NCBI GenBank assembly: GCA_029717555.1
Contig: JAMDHS010000015.1
Coordinates: 62,001-126,000, forward strand
DNA length: 64,000 nt
DNA from: Peribolospora baueri
Taxonomy: Eukaryota
Reading direction: 5' to 3'
Below are positions 50,047-61,901 of this stretch, piece after piece. The position numbers and the translations under genes are program-made. The notes beneath the pieces are model-generated. The model saw nothing but the letters and a program-made list of their open reading frames with translations. It ran no database searches and was not told where the DNA came from. How positions within the stretch are numbered: position 1 is the first letter of the stretch; each line of letters opens with the position of its first letter.

Positions 50047-53000
50047 ATGCCTCGCGCGCCCAGGCCAACGCCAACCGGCTTTCTGCCCTCTGCACCGCCA
50101 GGCCCGCCCATCGTCTCTCCCATCGTCGCCAGGCTCCGTCAGACATGGCAGTTCGCAGCCATCAGCCAGTTCCTCTTCACCTTCGAGGAGGCCTTCGGCA
50201 TGAGCGGGTTCGACATCCAGGTGCGAAGAAGGAGACCAGCCGATGGCCCTTGACAGCGCCCGGGCCATAGTCGAGTGTCGGCTTTAAGCTGATCCAGAAC
50301 GCCTTTTTACCCTTTTTCTCGTTTTCTGCATCGCGCAGGCGCTCGAGAGGGATTTTGATGGCACGGAGACTCGGGTCATTCCGGATCTCATGGTCAAGTT
50401 GCTCTACACGCTCACGTTCGATAAGTCCATCAGGTGAGGTCCGCCGACCGAGCGGGGCGCGAGCCCAGCTCGCTCCAATTGTCCTCCCCCCTGGCTAACT
50501 CACCGTGTCCACTCTCTGTCTACAGCCTTGACAACTGGCAAGAGCATCTCCGCCGCCAGTGGATCGCCCGGGACGCCGCAAACAACAAGATGGGCGATGA
50601 GGACGCGCCGCGCACCTGGGCCGAGCTGGCGTTGACCGGCAAGGTGGGCTGACCGTTTGGTGGCCCATCACTGCTTCTTCGACACCTTGACGTTTTGACG
50701 GCGGCGTCACTGAGTCTGACGCTTGTCCTGTTTTGTCTCACGTGCTCTGTCGCTTGTTCTATGCAACGCCAGGTTATGGCGATTTACAACCTCTGTGAAT
50801 GGCAGTTGCACGATGCAGAGCGATTCAAAGGGCTAGTCAACTCGAAAGACGACGAACAAGCATGGGTTCGTAGACGTCTTCATCCCCTGGCACGCGCGAT
50901 GGTCAACTCGTTAATGTCCATCTTTTTCGTGATCTCATTTGGCGATTTAGAGGATCGATCCTGTGGGATGGGATGCCCAGGGCAATACCTACTGGCTTTT
51001 CGATGGTGTGTTCTTCTGCCAACCGGTACACAGAGACTCAACGTGCTTATAGCTCCGTCTTCCTTGCAGATAATCGTCTCTGGATTGAACGACCACGGCC
51101 GAGGCCTTCGGCAACCCCAAAGTCGAAGAAGGGCAGAGCCGCTGCAAAGGGCAAGCAGGCGAAGGGCACGGCCAAAACCAAGACTCTCGCTTCAACGACC
51201 CCGAGGCGGTCGTCCAACGCGCGAGCTGCGAAGAAGGAATCGACGCCGAAGAATGCTTCGTCTACAAGCATGAGCAACGAAGGGACAAGATCTTCGTCTC
51301 GCATGTCCCGGAAACGTCCGAGGGAATCAGAGGCCACGCCTCGGATCACTCGAAGCGCCCAGCAGCCTGCTAGCCCGTCATCGAACAAGCGGCCGCGGGT
51401 CTTGGGCACGAGAGTGTCTTCCCGCCTTCGGGGCCGCGACTCTGACGACGATGTCTGGCAGGAGGTTCCTCCAGAGTGGCTCGGACAGAATGGAGAAGCT
51501 CAGGGGTCTAAAACCAAGCAGGAGGAGTCTGCAACCTCTTCCGCCTTGTCTTCCGCGCCTCCGTCCGTGGACGGCGAGACCGCTCGCGAGAAACAGGAGG
51601 GGATGAGCGGCCGAAGTTCGGATGACTCGGAGCTTTCCGATCCGCCGGAGGATGTGAATGGCGACATGCCAGATCCTAACGAGAAGGAAGAGGAGGGAGA
51701 AGAGGTAGAGATGGAGGAGGAGATTGAAGAAATTAAGGAAGAGACGCCGACCAAGGAAGACGAAGGTTGGATCGAATGGGAGGCGGTGAGCACCGGTCCG
51801 GCATAGTTCCATTGTTATCCCTGTCGCCAGTCTCACCTATTTTTCTGCGCCCGACCCCTCCCTCGAGCAGATCTGCGTCACAATCCAGGACTGGGAAGCC
51901 TTTGCGCAGCGCTTCGCCAAATCCAAACATCCTGACGAAAAGGCGTTACACGAGCACATCAACAAACATGTGCTGGAGAAGGTGCTCAACGACCTGCGCG
52001 AAGCGGAGCGCAAGCGCAAGCTGGAAGAGGCGCTGCAGAACCGCAAGCGGTCCTCGCGGCTGGCAATCAAAGAATCAGAGAGAGAGGAGCAGCGACGGCA
52101 GGAGGCGGCGAGGGCGGAGATGGAGGAACGCATGGAGAGAGTGAGGAGGGAGGAGGAGAGAAGGAGGCGTGAAGAGGAGGAAAGAGTAGCTAAGGAAGAG
52201 GAGAGGGAGAGAAGAGCGAGAGAAAGGGAGCTCAGGCTTCTGCAGCGCGAGGAGGCTGCTCAGGCTGCTTTGATCAAAGCGAAGGAAGAGGAGGAGCGCG
52301 CTCGTGCAGGGCGAGAGGAACGCTCGGCAAGGAGAGCAGCAGGTTACGCCGTTTCGGAGACGGCCTCGGTGAGTGCCAGCTCCACGCTTCTGTTCTTCAT
52401 GTTGGTTTTTGCCGTTGATCTTGTCCGTATGCTGACAAAAAGCGCCTTCCTTCATCGTCTCCCAGCCCCAACCGAAATCTCCTCGCTCCGAGTCGGAGGC
52501 GACGGATGCGGAGGCGTGGACGCTCGCTTGCGAGGTGAGCGATTAATTTCCATGTGTGTCTTTGTCTTCTTTGTTCATCCTCACGCGTACTATCGCTTCA
52601 CTAGATATGCCGCCAGTCTGGCACTTACGTCGAGGACGATGGTAGCCATGGTCAGATTACGTGCTGCGAAAAGTGTGGGGTGTGGCAACATTGTGCGTGG
52701 TCGTTTCGCCTTGCTCGTCTCGGCGTTGCGTTACAACGCCCTCTGACCGTCATAATTTATATCTAATCACTCTAGGCGCGTGCTGGGACCGGTACGATTG
52801 GCACCATGGCCGTCCCCCGCGGGACTGGGCAACGGTCGACTTCTTCTGCACAGGATGCTGGCCTAAGCCTGCCGTTCCCGCCAGTGCCAGCCAGGCCCCT
52901 CCATCTCAACCCATACCGAGCCAACCTCAGGTGCGTGATCATAGTCGGTCACGACCAAAAAATGCAAGATTGATGATTTTTTTCAGACGCTCACACACTT

Positions 53001-54032
53001 CTCGTGCCATTATAGCAGCAGCCAAGGCCGCCCGCGCCGACCAATGGAGCTTCCCCGGTGACCGCACCTACGCCTGCTCAGCGGCAACCAGCTCCCACGC
53101 TGGCCAGGCCCGTCCAAGCTGGTCCGGTTCCACCACGGCCGCCTCATGCTCAGGCGAAGGCGCCAGTTTCGACTCCAGCAGGGCCCCCGCAAGCCAGGAA
53201 TCCCCCACAACACTTGGTCCAGGCTCTGGCACAGTTGCCCCCCGCGGTCTTGGAACAGCTGGCAAAGCAGCCATCCTTGCTCACAGGTGCAGGTGCAGGT
53301 GGTTCGGCAGCCGCGCTCACAACACTTCTTCGCCAAGCTGGCATTGCGCTTCCGCCAGTCGCGCCTGGTATGACATCGGTTCCTATGTCTACACAAACCG
53401 CTCCGCCCTTTAGTAGTACTCGGCCAGTGGCCTCAGTGACGACCTCCACCGCTACCACCGCGTCACCCTCGGCCCCCGTTGGATTGACACAACCTCGCCC
53501 TACTGCGGTCCCGCCTATGCACATGCAGCATACGTCAGCTCGACCCCCGGTGCCGCCAGCGAAAGGCACAAACTTGAGTACGAGCACGATGGCACGACCC
53601 CCGTCATCTTTGCCGTCCTCGTCCCCGGGACGAATGCCGTTTTCGGCTCCGAGCCATCCGCCAGAACCTCAACCGCAAGCTGCAACGGTTACATCGGCAC
53701 GCATGCCCTTGCCTTCCAAGTCGCCAGCGTCCGTTGCACCAACCGTGCCTGCCTCTACTGATGGTCGTGCAAGTTTGAACGTGCAGCCACCGTCGCAAAT
53801 CTCCAGCACGCCTGTCTCCTCTCAACCGACTAGCTTCCTGCCACCGACCGCCGCGAAATGGTCAGGCGCCGGTAGCTCTTCGACGCTTCCAGCATCCGCT
53901 TCCTTCCCTGCTCCTGCCACCGCCGTACCCGAGCCGAGAGTGGGATTGTCTTCGCAAAGTTCGCAAGCGTCAGGCTCGAACGGGAGCACGCCCCATCCTC
54001 TCGCTCCTCCCCCGCCAACGTCTACACAATAG
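50047..54032 (+). CDS. DDT/WHIM-type chromatin-remodelling subunit with a PHD finger (RSF1/CECR2/Ioc3-like), multi-exon
   Basis: RLRQTWQFAAISQFLFTF (DDT-like), VMAIYNLCEWQL (WHIM1-like), WRIDPVGWDAQGNTYWLFD|DNRLW (WSD/WHIM2-like), coiled coil with RKRSSRLA, and PHD WTLACE|IC...CCEKCGVWQHCAC...FFCTGC. Confidence 0.8.
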
Positions 54033-54593
54033 AATAGCCGCTTTTTTCCCCCTTGCTTGGCGCTAATGTAAAGGTTTCCGTAGTCGGGCCTGAAGGTGCA
54101 ACGGGACAAGACGCCGAACGACACGTACACTTTGTGAGACTAAATCACGGAAGCCTCTAAAAGACGGTCTGTTGTAACTGCCCCGAGATGGATTGGGGCT
54201 GGATTCAGCCGGCGCTCGCACCTACACAGATCACAAAAAGCACCACGAGGTTGCACGTGGCCACCGGACCGGACCGTGTTCTGACTTTTAAAAGATTGGA
54301 CAGATCAGAGAGAGCAGGATCGTAGACATTTGCAGCAAACATTTGGCAGCAAAACAAGACCGGCGACTACGGACAGATATGAGAGAGAACGAGAGAGAGA
54401 GTGGTCGACCGCAGAAATTCAGACAGGGTATACGAACGAGCGCAAGGAGACGTGACGGGCAGCCAAACCCGGCGAAGAAGACGAGGCCGGCGCAATGCGA
54501 AAGAAGAGGACGAGGGCGTCCCGTGAGCGAGACACATGAGAGGAAGGAGTGATATGGAACGGACTTGGAAGAGATAGGGCTACGGGAAAGTAA

Positions 54594-54618
<25 letters not shown>
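54594..54618. repeat. (TA)n microsatellite just downstream of the Zn2Cys6 gene stop
   Basis: About 12 TA units visible directly. Confidence 0.9.
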
Positions 54619-54624
<6 letters not shown>

Positions 54625-54649
54625 AAAGAGGGACGTGCTTGCTTCGAGC

Positions 54650-57600
54650 TCAAGCAAAGTCGGGCAGGGTGAGCATGCTCAGTACATCGTTCCAATTGTT
54701 CTGCACGTCGCCGCCACCGAGGCTTCCATAGCCGGCGGTGGGCGGGAAATGGTTGTTGGTCAAGCCGACGGAGGTGGCTAGGCTCGGGAATGTGGGTTGC
54801 GAAACCGGCTGCTGTTGTTGCTGCCACGGCGTCATGCTCGTCGGTGCGATGGCGTCAGAGGATGGAGGTGAGATGGAGCTGTTGACGGCGTCCATCGGCG
54901 CGCCGGTGAAAGTGCTCGGGAAGAACGACGGTGGTGCCTGCATCTGAGCGGCGGACGGAGGGAAAGACGGCGGACGAGGCTGTATATCCGTAGCAAAGGG
55001 GAGCGAGTTAGATAAATAGCAACTCATGGTCTGCCCGACATCTGGACCCACCGTGGTATTGCCCATCGCAGGGTGACCCTGTGATCTATCGAAGCCAATT
55101 CCGTAATCTTGGTGAACGCCACCGGTGGGAGGGCCAAGGCCTCCAGTTTCGTTCCAGAACACGCCCTCGAGGTCGAAGAGATCAAACATGGGCATCGACG
55201 GGGCTTCGACCGGCACGGGATCGGACGATCCTACGTTGTTGTTGTTGTTGTTGTTGTTGAGATTGCCTCCTGGCAACATGGACTTCGGGGAGAGGAGGGG
55301 CGAGCCTTGCAAGACATAGGGCGACGACCGCGGCGACGGGTTGAGCGACGAGGAGCGCGGCCTACTAGAAGGCGCAGGAAACGCATAGGCGGTAGACGAC
55401 GGTGGCGGCATCGCTGTACTGGCCGAATCGCTAGAAGGGATTGTCGCGGGTCCGCCTCCAAGAAGAGCTGTGGATGATGCGGCCGAACTCGTAGCGTCGT
55501 TGCCCGCCCACGACGCCAGTGAGGCGCCTTCGGGGCCTTGCGCGCTCGACGAGATGGCCGAGCCAGCATGGTCTAACCCGGAGGCCATGGAGGCTGTCTC
55601 ATTGCCGGTCTCTTTGGCCCTGCCTGCGCTGTCGAGCACCGGTTGCGGAGGGGGATCGGAACGGGCGGAGGAAACGGTCCAAGTGCTGGTGCGCGTGGTC
55701 GGGGCGACAAAAGAAGAGGCGGTGGACGAGGCGCTAAAGGAAGGCGCGGTGGGCGTCCTTTGTGAGCCGTCCGACTTGCGAGGAGCGGCTAACGAAGGTC
55801 GACGACCCGAGACTTTGACGTCATCCGAACCGCCCGAAGGAACATCTTCTGAGATCTCCTTGTCGCCCACATCAGCGACTGTCCAAGAAGCATGAAAAGG
55901 AAGACTCAAGGTCAGACCAACATTTGGAGACGAGAGAGATAAGGGAAGGAGAGGAGAAGAGACGCACAGCCATCAAGGAGCTGCTTGTGAGCCGAAGCCG
56001 CCGGCCAAGCCCTCGAGAGCGCTTTGAGCCATTGCCGGCACAGACTGAACCTCCTGCGGGCGTCGGTGGCGAGTTCCTTACTCGGGAGGCGAGCGATGAA
56101 CACGTGCATGACCGCCGCAGTGAAGAGGCACTGGGTGCCAGGAAGGAGGGAAAAAGAGAGAATGGGACGAGCGGGTTGTCGAACGGAGTCAGCAAGCCGT
56201 GCACGATAGAAGATAGCTAGCGTTCGAACAACTGACATAGGCCAAATCGCCCGAGATCCGATCGACCTTGTGCTGGGTGTGGCAGATCTCGAGCATGTCG
56301 CAGATGGTGTTGGCTGCAGCGGCGCACTTCTTGAAACTCTCGTTGGCCTTGAGCTCCGAGAGGGGTACGCCGGGGTCTTGCGGGATGAAGGAGCGGTGAA
56401 GGAGGAGGACGGCGGTATGATACCACTGTCGTACGAGTTCGACGATCGACAGAGAACGAAAGAAATTCGAAACGGAGCGTGATCAGGGTCGACCGAATCT
56501 TCGAGGGGGTACATTGGTCGCCGCCGGAACAGTAGGACCAGGGCGGTCCAAAGGCTAGCATCCGAGGAAACTCACGGCGTGGAGACAGAAAAAGGAAGGT
56601 AAAGCGACGTCCGTCTTCTCCTGCAGGTTGAGCCACAGGTGCTTCGGCAGACGGTCGAGCCAAGCGGTCAGGTCGGCATCGAGCTCGTGCAGGATCTTGC
56701 GGTGTCCGCCATGCTTGCGCAGGAAGGCGCGACGACGAAAAGAGTGGACCTGGGTGAGGATCCGCTCGACGATCTGGAAAAGTAGCACGCCTTGGTTGAA
56801 GCACGACGCGGCGTGGAGCCGACCCGTGGGACTCGCTGGCGGGGGTGCGTGGCGATGGGAGTGCCCACTCGCAGCGCCGCCGGCGATGGAGCCTACGGGA
56901 GTGTACGGCGTCTGCGGCATGGGCGGAAGTTCGGTGTGGCCGGTCCACAGCTCATACTCGTCCGCCTCGGTCTCGGAAAGGAGCGGGGCGTCGCAATCCT
57001 TGGCGCGCATCATCACCGGCCGGCCCATCTCGGCGGCGAGAACCTTGTCGAAGATATACGCAGACCAGACGAGCCTGACGCGCGTCTCGCGCTCGACGGA
57101 ATGATAGAGCAGCGACATGCGGTGGATCGGCCATCGGTGCAGACCTGCACGACAGGGACGGGAGAGCATGTGAAGTGGAGATAAAGGAATTCGGGTCAGC
57201 CAGCGGATGAGGACGGAAGAGGGAAGGCGAAGGGAACAGACTGGACACGAACCGAGGTCGAAAGCCATGGAACACGCCATGCCCGAATACATCCACGCCT
57301 GCGAGACCTCTCCCGTGCCGTGACAATACAAGCTGAGAAGGAAGAGCGACTGTTTCATCAAAACCAACCGGGGGAGACGTGAAGAGAGCCCGCGTGAGCG
57401 AGCGAATCGAACAAAATTAGACGAGACCAGGCCGAGACCAGATCAGATGTTGAGACCGGCCACCGCGACACAGAAACACGTCGAGCGACCACAAGGCGAA
57501 GCTAAAGGGCGCTCACCTGAATGGTTGAGACGTCGCTTCGAAGTCTAGTCTTGAACAGGTACTTCTCCGCACATCGATGATACCTCTCCGCCGTGGCCTT

Positions 57601-60600
57601 CAACTCGGCCTCGCGCGGCGAGAGCCCCCATTCGTCGTCGTCGTCGTCGGGGGCACCTGCGCCGACGGAGGAAGAACCGACGACAGCGGCGGCGGTCGAT
57701 GCGGCCGTCTCGTCGTCCTCGCTCTCCTCGATGCCCATGGTCGACGGCCCGGTCGAAGCCTTTTCGGAAGGCAGATGACGACGACGACCGGGGGGCGGTG
57801 GGGGGAAGAAAGGCAGCTTGGGGCCAGCGCCGCCACGTGAGGCCACGTTGGCGTCCTCCTCCAAGCTGGAATCGACGACGCAGGCCGCGATGGCGTAGAT
57901 GGAGTAGAGGAGGCATGGCGCGAGGCGGGAGGGGAGCTGGTCTGGTGGGAGGCGATCGAGGACGGGCTGCGAGAAAGAATCGCGAGACGGAGAAATAAGG
58001 GGGGAAAAAAGGCAAAGTTAGCTCGACGCGTGTAGGGAGAAGCTAACGCGCAAAGACGCATACGTCCTCGCCCGCTGGATTCATCCGACCGACCAACCGA
58101 CCGCACGACCGCCTCAAGGAACGCACCTTGAACAAAAGCGGCCAATAAGGATGAACGGCCTCCCAATACATGCGGAAGAGCCTCGCGCTCTCCTGAGAGC
58201 TCGGCTCAGGATCGGGCTCGGTGAACATCTCCTCGAACCGCCTCTCCTCATCCTCCTCGTCCTCCTCCTTGATCTGGTGCGTTTGCAGAGCGTCTCTGCT
58301 CAGCGGCTGCGGTTGCTGCTGCTGGCCGTGTTGAACGTTTCCAGCCGCCGAGGAGGGCCGTTGGGAAGCCGAGCTCGCGCCAGTTGCTTGCGGTGAGGCG
58401 GAAGGGCCGACGACGCTCGGATGAGTGTAGGAGTAAGGGGAGCGCGGCTGCGGCGACGAGACCGAGTCGAGGTGGTTCTTGTGATAGTAATAGGGTGGAG
58501 CCGCGGCGCCGGAGTTGGGGCCGGTTTGGTGATGGTAATGGTGATGGTACGCGTAAGAGCCGGCGACGTGCGAAGAAGCCGAGGTGGATCGGCCCCTGCT
58601 TTCCGAGGGAGGACCCGCTCCAGGACCGGGGCTGGCGGCGGCGCTTCTCTCGCCGGTGGAGTGGCTGTCGGCGCCGTGAGATCGCTCGTCGCTCCGGCCG
58701 TACCGGCTCGACCTGGAGCGCTGCGCCATGGGCAGGGGGACAGGCGTGTGTGTGGCGAAACCGGCCTGGCGGCGCTTGGCTTCCGAACTGGCTTCAGCTG
58801 CCGACGCGAATACTGAGACGCCGGCAGCGGTGGAGGGGCCCGTGCCGGAAGTCGGTGCGGCTTCCGGAGACTCGTAGCCTCCTTCATCCTGACCGAGCGG
58901 AGATCTCCCCAACGACGGAGGATGGCGATGGAGGAGCTGAATGCCGGAGGAGGGACCGCGGTGGGACAGGTCTCCGCGTGCGTTGACGCCAAGGAAGTCT
59001 CCGTCCTCATCATCGGAGCCGGTATCGTTGGCGCCGTCGGTGCCGCTTCCGGTGCTGTTTCGGCGACCGGCGGCGGCTGGTCGAGAAGACCTCCCGTTCT
59101 CGTCATCCGAGCACGACCTAGCGTCCGGGGACGTCAAGCGCGCGTGAGTATCGTGTCGGGCTCGCTTGCCACCCTTGCGAGTGACGCCCTTTCCAGCCTC
59201 AGGGGACGAAGCGATTGGCGAGTTAGGACCGTTGGGCGAGCGAGCTCTTTTGGCCTGTACAGATCGGCCACCCTCGCCTCCGCCGTCGTCGTTCTCTTCC
59301 TCTCCTTTCACAGCGCCGGGCGTCCGCTCTATCTTGCCCCCGTCCCGCTTGGCACCGTCCTTCCGTGCCTCACCGCCGCCACTGCCAGCCGAAGCGGCCG
59401 AAGGGCCGACGAGAGCGACTTTGAGGCCCCGCTCGACGCATACCCTGACAACCTCACGCGTAGTATCCTCCTCTCCCATGGTGTTGACTAGGTCGCGGAG
59501 GAGCGTCTCGAGGTTGCGCACCAACCGAGCTCGGGCCGATTCTCGAGGACCCGCGCGGAACCCTTTTGGGGGCCCGCGCTTGAGGGAGGAGGTCGAGTAC
59601 GTGCAGGGCGTGCCGAGGACGAGGCATACGGAGCATTGCGGTTGGCCTGAGATGGCGTATGAGGGTCGACGAGAAAGAGGTATATGGAGAACGAGCCGGA
59701 GGACGAAACAAGAGAGCGCCGAATGGACGCGTGTATTAGTTCAAGTTGGAAGTCCGTCCAAGCCCGAGTCCACCGCTAAGCACGATGGAAGGAGGGGGAA
59801 TCCAGCTTCGGCACAGCGCCGGTCTTGGAGAAGAGAGAAACTGAACTTACCACCGTCACACCTTCGCTTCTTACTCGAGCAAGGCTGGCACGCTTTGGCC
59901 ACTCTGCCGCCGCCTCCACCCACCCCTCCCGCTCCGCCGCCCGCCGTTCCTCCAATTCCTCCAACGCCATCGTCCCCCGCACCGCCGTCGCCTCCAGCTT
60001 TCTTCTTGGAATGAGCCTTGCCCGTAGCCTTGCTTGCGCCGGAGCCGGAGCCGTCGGCCACGTTCTCGCTCGCCAGGGCACTACTCTTCCCTCCTCCGCT
60101 GGCGGTGGCCTTGCGACCGCCGTCATCCTCGTCAGCACTGAGGTAAGATGTGCACTGAAGCGAAGCCGGCGGGGTTGCAGCGGGAGAAGCGGCGGCCGAA
60201 GGCGGGGCGGAGGCGTCTCCGGCCGTGTGTCTAACGATGCGCTGGTCGTAGTGAGACGGGCCGGCGTCGTCGTTCATCGGAGGTGTGTACGCGGCGGTTC
60301 GGTGCGTGCCCCCGGTAGATGAGCCAGTCGCAGAGTACGGCGGCTGCTGGTAGTAGTAATGTGACGAATTGGGGTAGGAGGAAGGAGGAGCGGCAGCAAA
60401 GGGATTGGCTGATGGGGAAGCGTAGCCGCTTATCGGAGCGCTGGAGGACGAGGAGGGATAGAGAGAGAGGGGGGAGGGCAAGGGGTTGGGAAGAGCTGCC
60501 GGCGCTGGCGCGGCTGCCGAAGAGGGGGAGGAAGAGGCGAGAAAGGCGTCTACCTGTGCGCCGCTGGAGGAAGCGCCAAGCGCATCGGCGCCAAGGGAGG

Positions 60601-60835
60601 AGGGCCCATAGTAACTTTGCTGCTGAGACGGGTAGAAATGGCCAGCAGGAGGATAGCGGTGCTGTGCTGTGGGGTCGGGGCCGTCGTGACGAGGAGGGTA
60701 AGAGGGTCTGACGGGCTCGTACGCTGTGGGTGGTAAGGAGCGCAAAGAAGAAAAGGAGGAGGCTGCTGAGTTAGAAGGGAGGGGGCGAAGGACCTGGCGG
60801 GGCGACGGCGGCAAGTGACCAGCCGGGTCGGTCAT
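54650..60835 (-). CDS. Zn(II)2Cys6 transcription factor with a fungal-specific TF domain, multi-exon
   Basis: RVAKACQPCSSKKRRCDG|GQPQCSVCLVLGTPCTY...KRGPPKG. Middle homology region YWEAVHPYWPLL, QAWMYSGMACSMAFDLG|LHR and RLVWSAYIFDKVLAAEMGRP. Confidence 0.93.
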
Positions 60836-61901
60836 GAACGGCAGGGTGTGGGGTGGCAGGCTACTCGGAACAGCCGAGTAGACTGGTCCCCGTCGGTCTT
60901 GTCCGTTGCTGCGAGTCGATGATCAGATGTGAGCGTATGTACTTGTGTACGTCTGTACGAATCGGCCGACGACGAAAGCCGGGTGGCGGTGGTGGTGGTG
61001 GTGGTGGGGCTTCGCCAAGCGTCGATCGCGCGTGCGGGGAGGTGCCTAATCAATCTCTGTACCAGCTTGAGAACCTGCGCCGCTGCCCCCGGTGATGGGC
61101 GGCGCGGGTGCGATAGAAGGGTGAGCGATAGGCGCGGCGATGGCCTTGGCTGCTGCTTGACGTAAACCGTGCCCGTGTTGCGAGCCGGAGGAGGAGGAGA
61201 AGGTGGTGGAGAGAGTAGACGGGCGACTGTTTGAGCGTCAACGATGACCGCCATCGGTGCGCCGAAGGAGGACTCCGACTGCGGCAACCGACACGGACAC
61301 AGCGGCCGACGCAATTGCCATTCTGGCTTCCAACTCCCTCTTTCGCCCTCGGCCGTAAAGCCGTCGAGCCGAAATCAGGATGGGCATGGATGGCCATGCA
61401 CATATCTGCGCCTGCATCAGCTTCGCTCCCCGTCCGTACACGCACCGCCGAGCATCACGGCGTCCGCCTTGCCTTTCCGTGCGCACCGAGCGGCAGGGTG
61501 CTGGCCAGGGGCCGTCTGTCTCTGAGCTCCGAGTACGCCTCTTTATTTGAGCTTACGCCGAGAGCGGGCAGGGCGACACAAATGAACTTATCAACCTTCG
61601 TCAACTCTTGTCGAGGAGTAACTCGGGGGGAAGGGACTGCGTTTACTGCTTTTCGATGGAAGGGCGTTCGGCTGTGTGGACACGGCTGGCGCCCGCTCAC
61701 CGCCGCTTATCGCCGCCCCGATCACGTCGCGGGGCCGAATAACCTCGCACGGCCAGAGTAAGAGAGAGAGCACCTGCCCCTCCATCGATGATGACCTGAC
61801 CTCGCCTGAGGCACCGCCATATCCACCTCTCCTTACCACCACCGACTAGTTCATCCTCCCGCGCTTTTTCTTTGCTTTAGGGTGCTCTCTCCCTGCCCAA
61901 C

